A stretch of 64,000 bases of DNA from an uncultured Gemmatimonadales bacterium. Lineage in GTDB: Bacteria; Gemmatimonadota; Gemmatimonadetes; Gemmatimonadales; GWC2-71-9. Below are positions 29,836 to 39,710 of the stretch, piece by piece. Made by a program: the position numbers and the translations under genes. The notes under the pieces were generated by a model. The model searched no databases. It worked only from the letters and a program-made list of their open reading frames with translations, and was not told the origin of the DNA. Position 1 is the first letter of the stretch, and every line of letters begins with the position of its first letter. The stretch covers positions 1,920,001 through 1,984,000 of the forward strand of contig CAWHFW010000005.1 in assembly GCA_963828735.1 (NCBI GenBank), written 5' to 3'.

Positions 29836-30917
29836 CGCGCGGACTCCGCGCCGATCACGTCGGCGAGGCTCTGTCGTGCGTCGAGAATGCCCGCCCATGC
29901 GTCGCCCTCCGCCTCCAGCCGGTCCGGCACCGTGTGCAGCGTGAAATCGGTGGGGTAGACGTGCTCGAGCTCGTCCCAGGCGAGCGGCATCGACACCGTC
30001 GCGGCCGGATGCCGCCGCGGCGAGTAGGGGACGGCCAGCGACTTGCCCCGGCTGTTCTGGTTGTAGTCGAAGAAGATCTTCCCCGTGCGGCGCCGGACCG
30101 CCCACTCGATGGTCACGTCCTTCGGCCGCTCGCGCTGGACGTGCACGGCGATGGTCTCGGCCACACCGCGCGCGGCGTCGAAGTCGAGGTCACGCACGAT
30201 CGGGAGGTACAGGTGAAGCCCCGTCCGGCCCGACGTCTTGATGAACGTGTCGAGGCCGAGCCCGTCGAGGATCTCGCGGATCCTCAGCGCGAGCGAGCGC
30301 GTTCGGGTGAAGGCCCGTCGGTTGAGCTCGGGTTCCTCGCCGCGATTCTCCTTGCCCGAATAGAGGTACGGGTCGAGATCGAAAACGACGAAGTCCGGGT
30401 AGTTGAGGATCGAGCGCTCGAGCGCGGCCTCCGAGCCGGTGAAGCGGCGGCTCCGGCTCACCGCGTCGGGCGCCGGATTGGTGCGGGAGAACCAGGCGTG
30501 CAGCTCGAGCCCGGCCATCTGGCCGAGGTAGAGCAGCGTCGCCAGGTTCTCGCAGATGAGGTAGGCGCCGTCGCGCTCGTTGTGGGCGGAGTGGATGTCC
30601 ACCGTCCGCGCGAACGGAGGCGCGGGCTCCCAGTGCTTCTGGAAGAAGCTCTTGCCCGTCACGCCGTCCGGAAAGCGGGTGACGAACAGCGGACGATCCG
30701 CGAGGTGTGGCAGCAGGAAGGGCGACACGCGCGTGAGGTACCGGAGCAGGTCCCGCTTCGTGGCGCCGCGACGCCGGCCGACGCCCGGCCAGAGCTCCTT
30801 GTCGAGGCTCGTCACGCTGAGCTCGTGACCGTCCACGGCCAGCGTGGCCCGGTCATCCGGTGTGGAAAGCTGCTCGAGCACCGCGCGGGTGCCCTTGCCG
30901 GCCCGGGGCTTCGTCAC
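29832..30917 (-). CDS. Stand-alone LigD polymerase (PolDom/AEP) domain protein
   Basis: TKRDLLRY, RFPDG...FFQKH, VFDLDP, KTSGRTGLH, FFDYNQN, PYSPR. Confidence 0.92.
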   Translation of the reverse strand: MTKPRAGKGTRAVLEQLSTPDDRATLAVDGHELSVTSLDKELWPGVGRRRGATKRDLLRYLTRVSPFLLPHLADRPLFVTRFPDGVTGKSFFQKHWEPAPPFARTVDIHSAHNERDGAYLICENLATLLYLGQMAGLELHAWFSRTNPAPDAVSRSRRFTGSEAALERSILNYPDFVVFDLDPYLYSGKENRGEEPELNRRAFTRTRSLALRIREILDGLGLDTFIKTSGRTGLHLYLPIVRDLDFDAARGVAETIAVHVQRERPKDVTIEWAVRRRTGKIFFDYNQNSRGKSLAVPYSPRRHPAATVSMPLAWDELEHVYPTDFTLHTVPDRLEAEGDAWAGILDARQSLADVIGAESAR

Positions 30918-30929
30918 CGATCACGCACC

Positions 30930-31775
30930 TCAGCTCACCTTGCGCGTGCGGCGCGCGGTACGGGTCTGCCGGCGTGCCGGCGCCTTGGCCGCCGGGCGCG
31001 ACTTCCCGCCTTTCCGCGCCGCCTCCACGCTCCGACGGAGCGCGTCGGCGAGGTCGATCACCCTGGTCTCCGCCTCCACCGGCGACGTCACGACCTCCTT
31101 GCCCTCGAGCTTGGCCTCGATGAGCTGCTCGAGCGCCTCCCGATAGTGATCGTGGTACTCCTCCGGCTCGAACGGCTTGTGCAGCAGCTCGATGAGCGTG
31201 AACGCCATCTCGAGCTCCTTGTCGCTCACGCGAACGCTGTCGAGATCGACGTCCAGGTTCTTCCGGACCTCGTCCGGATAGAACAGCGTCTCGAGCATGA
31301 TCACGCCGTTGTGCGCGCGGATCGCGCAGAGCTGCTCCTTGTTGCGCATCGTGACCGTCGCGATGGCCGTGAGCGACTTCCGCTCGAGCGCCTTGAGCAG
31401 GAGGGCGTACGGCTTCTGCGCCCGCTCCCCCGGCTCCAGGTAGTAGCTCTTCTCGAAGTAGACCGGATCGATCTCCGCCTCTTCGACGAAGGCGCTGATG
31501 TCGATGGTGTGCTTGCTGGGCAGCGGAAGGTTCTCGAAGTCCTGATCGGTCAGCACGACATACTGGCCCTTGGCGTACTCGTAGCCGCGCGCCGTCTCGT
31601 TCCATGGCACCTCGGCCTCGTCGGTCGGGCACCACCGGACCTGCTTGAGGCGGGTCCCGTCCTTGGCGTGCAGCAGGTGGAACCGGATGTCCTTGCTCTC
31701 CGTGGCGCCGTACAGCTTCACCGGGATGCTGACCATCCCGAAACCGATGGAGCCGCTCCAGATCGCTCTCGCCAT
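30930..31775 (-). CDS. ku: NHEJ Ku protein
   Basis: MARAIWSGSIGFGMVSIPVKLY, IDPVYFEKSYYL, VIDLADALRRSV, basic tail. Confidence 0.95.
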   Translation of the reverse strand: MARAIWSGSIGFGMVSIPVKLYGATESKDIRFHLLHAKDGTRLKQVRWCPTDEAEVPWNETARGYEYAKGQYVVLTDQDFENLPLPSKHTIDISAFVEEAEIDPVYFEKSYYLEPGERAQKPYALLLKALERKSLTAIATVTMRNKEQLCAIRAHNGVIMLETLFYPDEVRKNLDVDLDSVRVSDKELEMAFTLIELLHKPFEPEEYHDHYREALEQLIEAKLEGKEVVTSPVEAETRVIDLADALRRSVEAARKGGKSRPAAKAPARRQTRTARRTRKVS

Positions 31776-31801
31776 GCGCCCTCCAAGGGGATCCGCGCCG
31801 G

Positions 31802-31890
31802 TTTTCCACACGGCGCACGGAATATCCACACGGTTATCAACATAAGCTGTTGATAAATAACAACTTACGGCGCTTGATAATTTATAACGA
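31802..31890. promoter_or_regulatory. AT-rich cluster of DnaA-box-like nonamers with an IHF consensus site
   Basis: TTTTCCACA 31802, ATATCCACA 31822, TTATCAACA 31834, TGTTGATAA 31848, GCTTGATAA 31872; minus-strand TATCAACAGCTTA at 31843-31855 matches WATCAANNNNTTR. Confidence 0.6.
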
Positions 31891-31927
31891 CGGAAGGGGC
31901 TGCAGTGGGATGAGTCACAGAGGCAGG

Positions 31928-33191
31928 TCAGGGCTTCTGCGGAATGTCCTTTCCGCCGTTCACGGCGCGAAGGATCTTCTTCATCGCCGAGTCGCCCTGG
32001 GCGCGCGGAGCGCCGGTCAGCGATTCAGCGCCGGAAAGCGTGGGAACGGCGACGTCCAGGTCGATCGACGGCGGCTCGATGGCCGCCGAATCGGTGGCGG
32101 CCCCGGCCGGCTTGGAGTCGCCCGTATTGGCGGGCGTGCTCACGATCGCGCGCGCCTCGAGCGCGCGGGCGAAGCCGGATGAGGCCGGCGGCAGCTGGGC
32201 GCCCGCCGGCGACGGTGCCCCGACCGACGCGCCCAGAGGCGCACTGGTGGTCCTCGCCTTGGGCGAGGGTGTCGGTTTCGCTGCCGAAGGCGCGGGCGCT
32301 ACGGGGGACGACACGGGAACGGTCGGACGGTCGGCGATGGTCGCGGCGCCGGTAGATCCCGCCAACAGCCTCGACGACGCGTACCCGCCGAGCGCGAGCA
32401 CGAGCACCGCGCCGGCCAGGTGCAGCGGGCGCCGCCCGCGCGACGCACTCGCGGTCTGCATGGCGACCGGCTGCTCGAGCGGCGTGATCTCCGGATAGGT
32501 GATCGTCGGCAGGTCGAGGACCGGCGAGGCGCTCACGCGAGGAAGCGCGGCGAAGGGCATGCCGGCCAGGACCTGGGCGGGCTCCTCCTCGGCGGGCGCA
32601 TCCTCCTCCTCGGCAAACTCCTCCTCGGCAAGCTCCTCCTCGACCGGCTCTTCTTCGATCAGGACCGGGGTCGTGGTGACCGGCGCCAGGGCAACGTGAG
32701 CTTCCAGCGCTCGGAGTCACGCGCGGGCGGGCGCGAAGGCCCGAGTCGTCGCTGCGGGCAGTCGGCGCCAGGCTGAGGAAACTGAGCGTGTCGGTTCTCG
32801 GGGATTCCGCAGGCTTCGGCGCGGGCGCAAGGAAGCTCCGCGTGTCGGGTCGCGGAGGCACCGCGGGCTTCGGCGCTGGGGTCTGTGGCGGTGCGAGCAG
32901 GCTCCGCGTGTCGGTCCGCGGAGGCTCCGCGGGCTTCGGCGCGAGAAAGCTCAGCGTGTCGGTCCGCGGACGCTCCACGGGCTTCGGCGTCGGCAGCTCG
33001 GAGGTGCGACCGGCGAGGATATCGAGCGCCTGCTTGTAGTGCGGATGGAATTCGATGGGCAGCCACTTCTCGGAGGCGTTGTGGTAGATCCGCGCCTTCG
33101 GAGAAATGACGCCGTTGCGAACGCCGGTGGCCAGCTCCTCCACGGTGCGAAAGACGGTGACCTCGCCGGGCTTCAGCTCGATCCGATACAT
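31928..33191 (-). CDS. Single-pass membrane protein with a small N-terminal domain and Pro-rich repeats, +1 frameshift at about 32711
   Basis: ORF 33191 gives MYRIELKPGE...WLPIEFHPHY and 4 KPxExPRTDTxSxLAP-type repeats; the ORF 32560 frame gives an acidic linker and one TM helix. Confidence 0.65.
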
Positions 33192-33499
33192 GCCGCATCC
33201 TCAGCGAAAATGTGGATGTTGGACACGTTTCGACATGCCAAATTCGTGCTCGGTACGGCTGCACGTTCCTGCATGATTGAAGCGCAGAAAATGACGCGAT
33301 AGTTGGGGCGAGCGCTCCGTCGTGAAGCCGTGGCGGACGGCCCACTTATGCGATTCGTTCGCGCTTTGAGGCGGCAAGCGGCCGAAAGGGTGGCGGGCGG
33401 GCGCTCGCGGCGAGGCCGAATTTCGCCGCCGGGGGCCTCGTAGTTTGCGAGAGCGGGCGCCGGGGCGCGCCGCGCCCGGGTTCGGCGTAAGTTGCCCCG

Positions 33500-34240
33500 A
33501 TGCCCGACCCCTCGGCGCTCGTCGCGCGGGAAGTCTCCAAGCGGTACGGACCGGTGCGCGCTCTCGACGGCGTCTCGCTCGACGTCCGCCGCGGCGAGTG
33601 CGTCGCGCTCATCGGCGAGAGCGGCTCGGGCAAGACGACGCTTCTCCGCTGCTTCAACCGCCTGACCGATCCCGACGGCGGCCAGGTGCTGGTGGACGGG
33701 GCCGACGTCGCGACGGTGGATCCGGTCGGGCTGCGGCGACGCGTGGGCTACGTGCCGCAGGATGGCGGCCTGCTGCCTCACTGGCGCGTGCGGCGCAACG
33801 CCGCGCTGGTGCCCTGGCTGCGCGGCGCGACGGACGCGAACGCGCAGGCGGACCGGGCCCTCGGCCTCGTGGGCCTCGACGCCGCGGCGATGGGCGACCG
33901 GTGGCCCCGGGATCTCTCCGGAGGGCAGCGTCAGCGGGTGGCCGTGGCCCGCGCGCTGGCGGCGAGTCCGGACATCGTTCTGCTCGACGAGCCGTTCGGC
34001 GCGCTCGACGCGATCACGCGGGCCGATCTCCAGGGCACGTTCCGCCGGCTCCGGCGCGAGCTCGGAGTCACGACGCTGCTCGTGACCCACGACCTGGCCG
34101 AGGCGGAGCTGCTGGCCGACCGGATCGCGGTAATGCATCAGGGCCGTATCGAGCAGATCGCCGCGCCCGACGAGCTGCACGTGGCGCCCGCGACCGAGTA
34201 CGTGCGCGCGCTGCTCGCGCGCGCGAGGGTGCGCGAGTGA
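33500..34240 (+). CDS. ABC ATPase of an osmoprotectant/betaine (QAT) importer
   Basis: GESGSGKT, GYVPQDGGLLPH, LSGGQRQRV, LLDEPFGALD. Confidence 0.9.
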   Translation: MPDPSALVAREVSKRYGPVRALDGVSLDVRRGECVALIGESGSGKTTLLRCFNRLTDPDGGQVLVDGADVATVDPVGLRRRVGYVPQDGGLLPHWRVRRNAALVPWLRGATDANAQADRALGLVGLDAAAMGDRWPRDLSGGQRQRVAVARALAASPDIVLLDEPFGALDAITRADLQGTFRRLRRELGVTTLLVTHDLAEAELLADRIAVMHQGRIEQIAAPDELHVAPATEYVRALLARARVRE

Positions 34241-35817
34241 CGTGGACCGGTCGGGCGCTCGCGCTCGCGGTGATTTTCACCACTCCGTGGGGAGCCGCCC
34301 GGTCGCAGACCATCCGGAGCGACAAACCGGTCGTGGTCGCCTCCAAGCCGTTCGGCGAGTCGTACCTGCTGGCGGAGATGTTCGCCCAGCTGCTCGAGGC
34401 GCGAGGGATCCCGGCCGCGCGGCGGCTCGGCCTCGGGGCGACGGAGATCGCGTTCGGAGCCCTCCGGAAGGGCGCGATCGACGTCTATCCCGAATACACC
34501 GGCACGGGGCTGCTCGCGATCCTGCACGAGCGGCCCGTGCCCGACCCGCGCGAGGTGTACGCCAGGGTCGCGCGCGAGTGCCGCGAACGGTTCGGCGTCC
34601 GGTGGCTGCCGCCGCTGGGCTTTCAGAACACGTACGCGATCGCGGTGCGGCGCGAGACGGCCCAGCGTTTCCACCTGCGGACGTTGAGCGATCTGGCGCG
34701 CGTCGGCGCGACGCTGCGCGCGGGCCTCACGCCCGACTTCATCGGCCGCGACGACGGCCTGCCCGGCCTCGGTCGCGCGTACGGTCTCCGATTCCGCGAG
34801 GTCCGCGCGCTGCTGCCTGCCGTGAAGTACCAGGCGCTCGCCGCGGGCGACGTCGACGTGATCGACGGGTACAGCACGGACGGCCTGATCGCGAAGTACG
34901 ACCTGATCGTGCTCGAGGACGATCTCGCGTTCTTTCCGCCGTACGAGGCCGCGGCGGTGACGGCGCCGGGCCTCGTCGAGCGGCGTCCGGAGGCCGTGGC
35001 GGCCCTCACCGAGCTGAGCGGGCTGCTCCGGGAGCCCGCCATGCGCGCGCTCAACCGGCGGGTCGAGGTGGACGGGGAGCCGATCGCGCGCGTCGCGGCC
35101 GACGCGCTGGCCGAGCTCGGGCTCACGAAGCAAGTGTCGGCGAGCGCCCGAGACGGGGTGGCCGCGGCCGGCAGCCGGCCGGCAAGGGCCGGACTCGCCG
35201 CCTATCTCTGGGCCGAGCGGCGCACGTTGCTGGGCCTCACCCAGCGGCACCTCCTGCTCGTGGCGGTCTCGCTCCTGGCTGCGATCGCGCTGGCGGTGCC
35301 GCTCGGCCTCGTGCTCGAGCGCGCGCGGGCGGGCGCCGAGGCGGTGATCCGGGCGGTCGGCCTGCTCCAGACCATTCCCGGTATCGCGCTCATCGCGTTC
35401 ATGATCCCGCTGCTCGGCATCGGCGTGGTGCCGGCGCTGGTCGCCCTCTTCCTCTACTCGCTCTACCCGATCCTCCGGAACACCTACACCGGCGTGCGGG
35501 ACGCGGCGCCGGAAGCGGTGGGCGCCGCGCTCGCGCTGGGCATGACGCCGCGACAGATCCTGCGTTACGTCCGCCTTCCGCTCGCGGCGCCGCTCATCAT
35601 GGCGGGCATCCGGACGGCCGCGGTCATCAACGTCGGGACGGCGACGCTGGCGGCGTTCATCGGGGCGGGCGGCCTGGGCGATCCGATCGCGTCGGGGCTC
35701 GCGCTGAGCGATACGCGGATGATCCTCTCGGGCGCATTGCCGGCCGCAGCGCTGGCGCTGGTGGTGGACGCGGCGCTGGGGGCATGTGAGCGGGTGGTGA
35801 GCCCGGGAGGGAGGTAG
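34237..35817 (+). CDS. Fused substrate-binding protein/permease of a betaine-type ABC importer (OpuBC/EgtU-like)
   Basis: SKPFGESYLL, YPEYTGT, FQNTYA, DGYSTDG, FPPYEA; then LQTIPGIAL and AFIGAGGLG. Confidence 0.88.
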   Translation: MTWTGRALALAVIFTTPWGAARSQTIRSDKPVVVASKPFGESYLLAEMFAQLLEARGIPAARRLGLGATEIAFGALRKGAIDVYPEYTGTGLLAILHERPVPDPREVYARVARECRERFGVRWLPPLGFQNTYAIAVRRETAQRFHLRTLSDLARVGATLRAGLTPDFIGRDDGLPGLGRAYGLRFREVRALLPAVKYQALAAGDVDVIDGYSTDGLIAKYDLIVLEDDLAFFPPYEAAAVTAPGLVERRPEAVAALTELSGLLREPAMRALNRRVEVDGEPIARVAADALAELGLTKQVSASARDGVAAAGSRPARAGLAAYLWAERRTLLGLTQRHLLLVAVSLLAAIALAVPLGLVLERARAGAEAVIRAVGLLQTIPGIALIAFMIPLLGIGVVPALVALFLYSLYPILRNTYTGVRDAAPEAVGAALALGMTPRQILRYVRLPLAAPLIMAGIRTAAVINVGTATLAAFIGAGGLGDPIASGLALSDTRMILSGALPAAALALVVDAALGACERVVSPGGR

Positions 35818-35902
35818 GCCGAGGCGAAGCTCGCCGGTCTTGCCTTCCCGCCGGCCCAGTCACTAGGATGCCCTCCGGCAACCACACCGTCCCGGACGCC
35901 CC

Positions 35903-37126
35903 ATGCGCCTCCATCCGTTCCGTGCCCTGCGTCCCGTACCCGACCTCGCCGAGCGGGTGGCGTCGGTGCCGTACGACGTGGTGAACCGGAGCGAGGCCGC
36001 GGCGCTGGCGGCGGGGAATCCGTACAGCTTCCTGCACGTGGGGCGGTCGGACATCGACCTCCCGGCCGACGTGGACCCCTACGATCCCAGGATCTACGCC
36101 ACCGCGCGCGCGGCGCTCGATCGGTTCCAGGCGGACGGGACCCTGCTGCGCGAGGCGGAGCCGTCGCTCTACCTGTACCGGCAGATCATGGACGGACGGG
36201 CGCAGGTCGGCGTGGTCGGCTGCGTGCACATCGACGACTACGACCGCGACGTCATCCGGAAGCACGAGAAGACCAGGCCGGACAAGGAGGACGACCGCAC
36301 CCGGCACGTCCTCACCCTTCGCGCCAACGCCGAACCGGTGTTTCTCACCTACCGCGTCCGGCCGGACATTCAGGCGCTCGCGACGCGCATCCTCGAGGAC
36401 ACTCCCCTCTACGACTTCACCGCGCCCGACGGGGTACGCCACACCGTGTGGCGTGTGCCGGATCCCCGGTCGCTCGTCGAGGCGTTCCGCCAGGTGCCGC
36501 TCGCCTACGTGGCCGACGGGCACCATCGCTCCGCGAGCGCGTGGCGCGCGGGGCGCGAGCTCCGGAACGAGCCAGCGCAGCGCCGGGGCGAGGGCGAATA
36601 CAACTGGTTCCTGGCGGTGCTCTTTCCGGCCGATGAGCTGCGCATTCTCCCGTACAACCGCGTCGTGCGCGACCCGGGAAGCCTGGGCATCCCCGAGCTG
36701 CTCGGGCGGCTGTCGCACGTGGGCCGTGTCACGGTCACGGACGATCCGGTGCCGTCGAAATCCGGCACCTTCTGCTTCTTCCTCATGAACGCGTGGTACC
36801 GGCTGGAGCTGGACGAGGCGTCGATCGACCGGTCCGATCCCATCGCATCGCTCGACGTGTCGCTGTTGCAGGACCGCGTGCTCGGGCCCGTGCTCGGCAT
36901 CGGCGACCCGCGCACCGACAAGCGGCTGGACTTCGTGGGCGGGATCCGCGGCACGGCGGAACTGGAGCAGCGGGTGCGCTCGGGGGAGATGGTCATCGCC
37001 TTCTCGCTCTACCCGACGACGCTCGAGCAGCTCATGGCCGTCGCCGACGCCGGCCAGGTCATGCCGCCGAAGAGCACGTGGTTCGAGCCCAAGCTGCGCA
37101 GCGGGCTCTTCGTGCATACCTTGTAA
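35903..37126 (+). CDS. DUF1015-family protein
   Basis: PYDVV, IRKHEKTRPDKE, ADGHHR, MPPKSTWFEPKLRSGL. Confidence 0.9.
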   Translation: MRLHPFRALRPVPDLAERVASVPYDVVNRSEAAALAAGNPYSFLHVGRSDIDLPADVDPYDPRIYATARAALDRFQADGTLLREAEPSLYLYRQIMDGRAQVGVVGCVHIDDYDRDVIRKHEKTRPDKEDDRTRHVLTLRANAEPVFLTYRVRPDIQALATRILEDTPLYDFTAPDGVRHTVWRVPDPRSLVEAFRQVPLAYVADGHHRSASAWRAGRELRNEPAQRRGEGEYNWFLAVLFPADELRILPYNRVVRDPGSLGIPELLGRLSHVGRVTVTDDPVPSKSGTFCFFLMNAWYRLELDEASIDRSDPIASLDVSLLQDRVLGPVLGIGDPRTDKRLDFVGGIRGTAELEQRVRSGEMVIAFSLYPTTLEQLMAVADAGQVMPPKSTWFEPKLRSGLFVHTL

Positions 37127-37154
37127 ACTCACCGAACGGGGCGGAGCTGGTCGC

Positions 37155-38375
37155 ATGAAGGTGTTGATCGCGGACAAGTTCGAGAAGGTCGGCGTGGACG
37201 GCCTCAAGGAGCTCGGCTGCACCGTCGTCTCACAGCCGGACGTGAAGGCGGAGGAGCTGCCCGCGGCCATCCGGGCCACCGACCCGCACATCCTCATCGT
37301 CCGCGGCAAGAAGGTGTCGGGCGACGCGCTCAAGGCCGGGACCGCCCTCACGCTCGTGATCCGCGCCGGGGCGGGCATCGATACGATCGACGTGGCGACG
37401 GCCTCGAGCCAGGGCGTGTTCGTCTCCAACTGTCCGGGCAAGAACTCGATCGCCGTCGCCGAGCTGGTGCTCGGCCTCCTGCTCGCGTGCGACCGGCGCA
37501 TTCCCGACCAGGTGGCCGAGCTTCGCGCCGGGACCTGGAACAAGGGCGAGTTCGCCAAGGGGCGCGGCCTGCACGGCCGGACGCTCGGCATCGTGGGGCT
37601 GGGGCAGATCGGGCGGGAGATCGCACAGCGCGCGCGCGCGTTCGGCATGCGCGTGATCGCCTGGTCCCGGAGCCTGACCCACGAGGAGGCGGACCTGCTG
37701 GGCGTGGCCTACGCGCAGACGCCGCTCGAAGTGGCGCGGCTCTCGGACGCGGTCACCATCAACGTCGCCGGCAACGCGGAGACCAAGCAGCTGGTCAACG
37801 CGGAATTCCTCGCCGCCATGCGCCCCGGCGCGTACCTCATCAACACCTCCCGCGGCACCGTGGTGGACGAGGCAGCGCTCGAGCGCGCGGTGCGCGAGAA
37901 GGGCATCCGGGCGGGTCTCGACGTGTTCGAGAACGAGCCCGCGGGCAATACCGGCACGTTCGGGAACGCCATCGTTCAGGCGCCGGGCGTCTACGGCACG
38001 CACCACGTCGGTGCGTCCACCGACCAGGCGCAGGTCGCGATCGCGCACGAGGTGATCCGCATCGTGCAGACGTTCCAGGCGACGGGCGAGGTGCCCAACG
38101 TGGTCAACCGGCTCGCGCGGAGCTCGGCCACGCACGTGCTGTCGATCCGGCATCGCAACCGGCCGGGGGTGCTGGCGCACGTGTTCGGCGTGCTGGCGGG
38201 CGGGGCGATCAACGTCGAAGAGGTGGAGAACATCATCTACCACGGCGCCCAGGCCACGCTCGCGCGGATCCACCTCGACGGCGTGCCCGACGCGGGCGCG
38301 CTCGAGCGGATCCGGAACGGCAATCAGGACATCATCAGCGTCGAGCTGAGCCAGATCGACGGGAAGCCGAGATAG
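37155..38375 (+). CDS. serA: D-3-phosphoglycerate dehydrogenase with ACT domain
   Basis: RAGAGIDTID, GIVGLGQIG, INTSRG, HVGAST, HRNRPGVLA; adjacent to serC. Confidence 0.88.
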   Translation: MKVLIADKFEKVGVDGLKELGCTVVSQPDVKAEELPAAIRATDPHILIVRGKKVSGDALKAGTALTLVIRAGAGIDTIDVATASSQGVFVSNCPGKNSIAVAELVLGLLLACDRRIPDQVAELRAGTWNKGEFAKGRGLHGRTLGIVGLGQIGREIAQRARAFGMRVIAWSRSLTHEEADLLGVAYAQTPLEVARLSDAVTINVAGNAETKQLVNAEFLAAMRPGAYLINTSRGTVVDEAALERAVREKGIRAGLDVFENEPAGNTGTFGNAIVQAPGVYGTHHVGASTDQAQVAIAHEVIRIVQTFQATGEVPNVVNRLARSSATHVLSIRHRNRPGVLAHVFGVLAGGAINVEEVENIIYHGAQATLARIHLDGVPDAGALERIRNGNQDIISVELSQIDGKPR

Positions 38376-38441
38376 GGAGGACGCGGACTCGCGACGACCC
38401 GCGCCCTCTCCGGCCGACAGCACACCACGAGGAACGCACCG

Positions 38442-39578
38442 ATGACCGACCGCATCTTCAATTTCAGCGCCGGCCCCGCCGCCCTGCCCGAGCCCGTCCT
38501 GCGGAAGGCGCAGGAGGCCATCTGGAACGTGGCCGGCAGCGGCATCGGCATCATGGAGCACAGCCATCGCGGCAAGGTGTTCGAGAAGATCCTCGCCGAG
38601 GCGGAGGCGAACTGCCGCGCGCTGGCGGGGATCCCGGACGACTACGCGGTCCTGTTCCTCCAGGGCGGCGCGTCGCTGCAGTTCTCGATGGTGCCCATGA
38701 ACCTCCTGCCGGCAGACCGGACGGCGGACTACCTGAACACCGGTGTCTGGTCGCAGAAGGCGATCAAGGAAGCCAAGATCCTGGGCGCGAAGGTCCACGT
38801 GGCCGCGAGCAGTGAGGCCACCAGCTTCGACCGGATCCCCAAGGCCGGCGAGATCGCCTACTCACCGACGCCGGCCTACGTGCACCTCACCACCAACAAC
38901 ACGATCTATGGCACCCAGTGGAAGAGCGAGCCCGCGGTGCCCTCGGGCGTTCCGCTCGTGGCCGATACCTCGAGCGACATGTACAGCCGGCCCATCGACG
39001 TGCGAAAGTACGGCCTGATCTACGCGGGCGCACAGAAGAACCTGGGACCGTCGGGCACGGTGCTCGTGATCATCCGAAAGGATCTGGCGGAGGCCGGCCC
39101 CAAGACCCTGCCGACGATGCTGCAGTACCGCACGTTCGTGGCGGAGAACTCGCTCTACAACACGCCGCCGACGCTCGGCATCTACCTGGTCGGCGAGGTG
39201 TTCAAGTGGATCCAGTCGCAAGGCGGTCTCGCGGCGATGGCGGAGCACAACGCGAGCAAGGCCAGGCTGTTGTATGACCATATCGACTCGAGCGACTTCT
39301 TCCGCGGCACGGTTCAGCCGGACAGCCGTTCTCTCATGAACGTGTGCTTCCGCGCGCCGACCGAGGAGCTCGAGAACAAGTTCATCAGCGAGGCCACGAA
39401 GCGCGGGCTCGACGGGCTCAAGGGTCACCGGAGCGTGGGCGGCATGCGCGCGAGCATCTACAACGCGTGTCCGCGCGCCGCGGTGGAGGCGCTGCTTGGA
39501 TTCATGAAGGAGTTCGAGCGGGCGAACCGCGGGGCGGGGGCGGGGGCGGGGGCTGGGGCGGTGAGCGGGGAGCGGTGA
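38442..39578 (+). CDS. serC: Phosphoserine aminotransferase
   Basis: [53 protein letters not shown]. Confidence 0.96.
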   Translation: MTDRIFNFSAGPAALPEPVLRKAQEAIWNVAGSGIGIMEHSHRGKVFEKILAEAEANCRALAGIPDDYAVLFLQGGASLQFSMVPMNLLPADRTADYLNTGVWSQKAIKEAKILGAKVHVAASSEATSFDRIPKAGEIAYSPTPAYVHLTTNNTIYGTQWKSEPAVPSGVPLVADTSSDMYSRPIDVRKYGLIYAGAQKNLGPSGTVLVIIRKDLAEAGPKTLPTMLQYRTFVAENSLYNTPPTLGIYLVGEVFKWIQSQGGLAAMAEHNASKARLLYDHIDSSDFFRGTVQPDSRSLMNVCFRAPTEELENKFISEATKRGLDGLKGHRSVGGMRASIYNACPRAAVEALLGFMKEFERANRGAGAGAGAGAVSGER

Positions 39579-39710
39579 GCGGGAAGCGCGGGATGTAACA
39601 CGTCGTTCGGAGGCCGGGTTGGCTTGTGTCAGGCGAGCCCGCTGTGCCGCGACGGCTCACGGCTCACCGCTCACCGCTTGTCGCCTGCCGCTCCCCGCTC
39701 CCCGCTCACG
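39531..39710. repeat. G-run tract plus inverted arrays of GCGGTGA/GCGGGGA heptamers between convergent serC and rho
   Basis: (GGGGC/GGGGGC)n at 39531-39558; about 4 heptamers at 39558-39585; about 8 complementary heptamers at 39652-39708. Confidence 0.8.
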
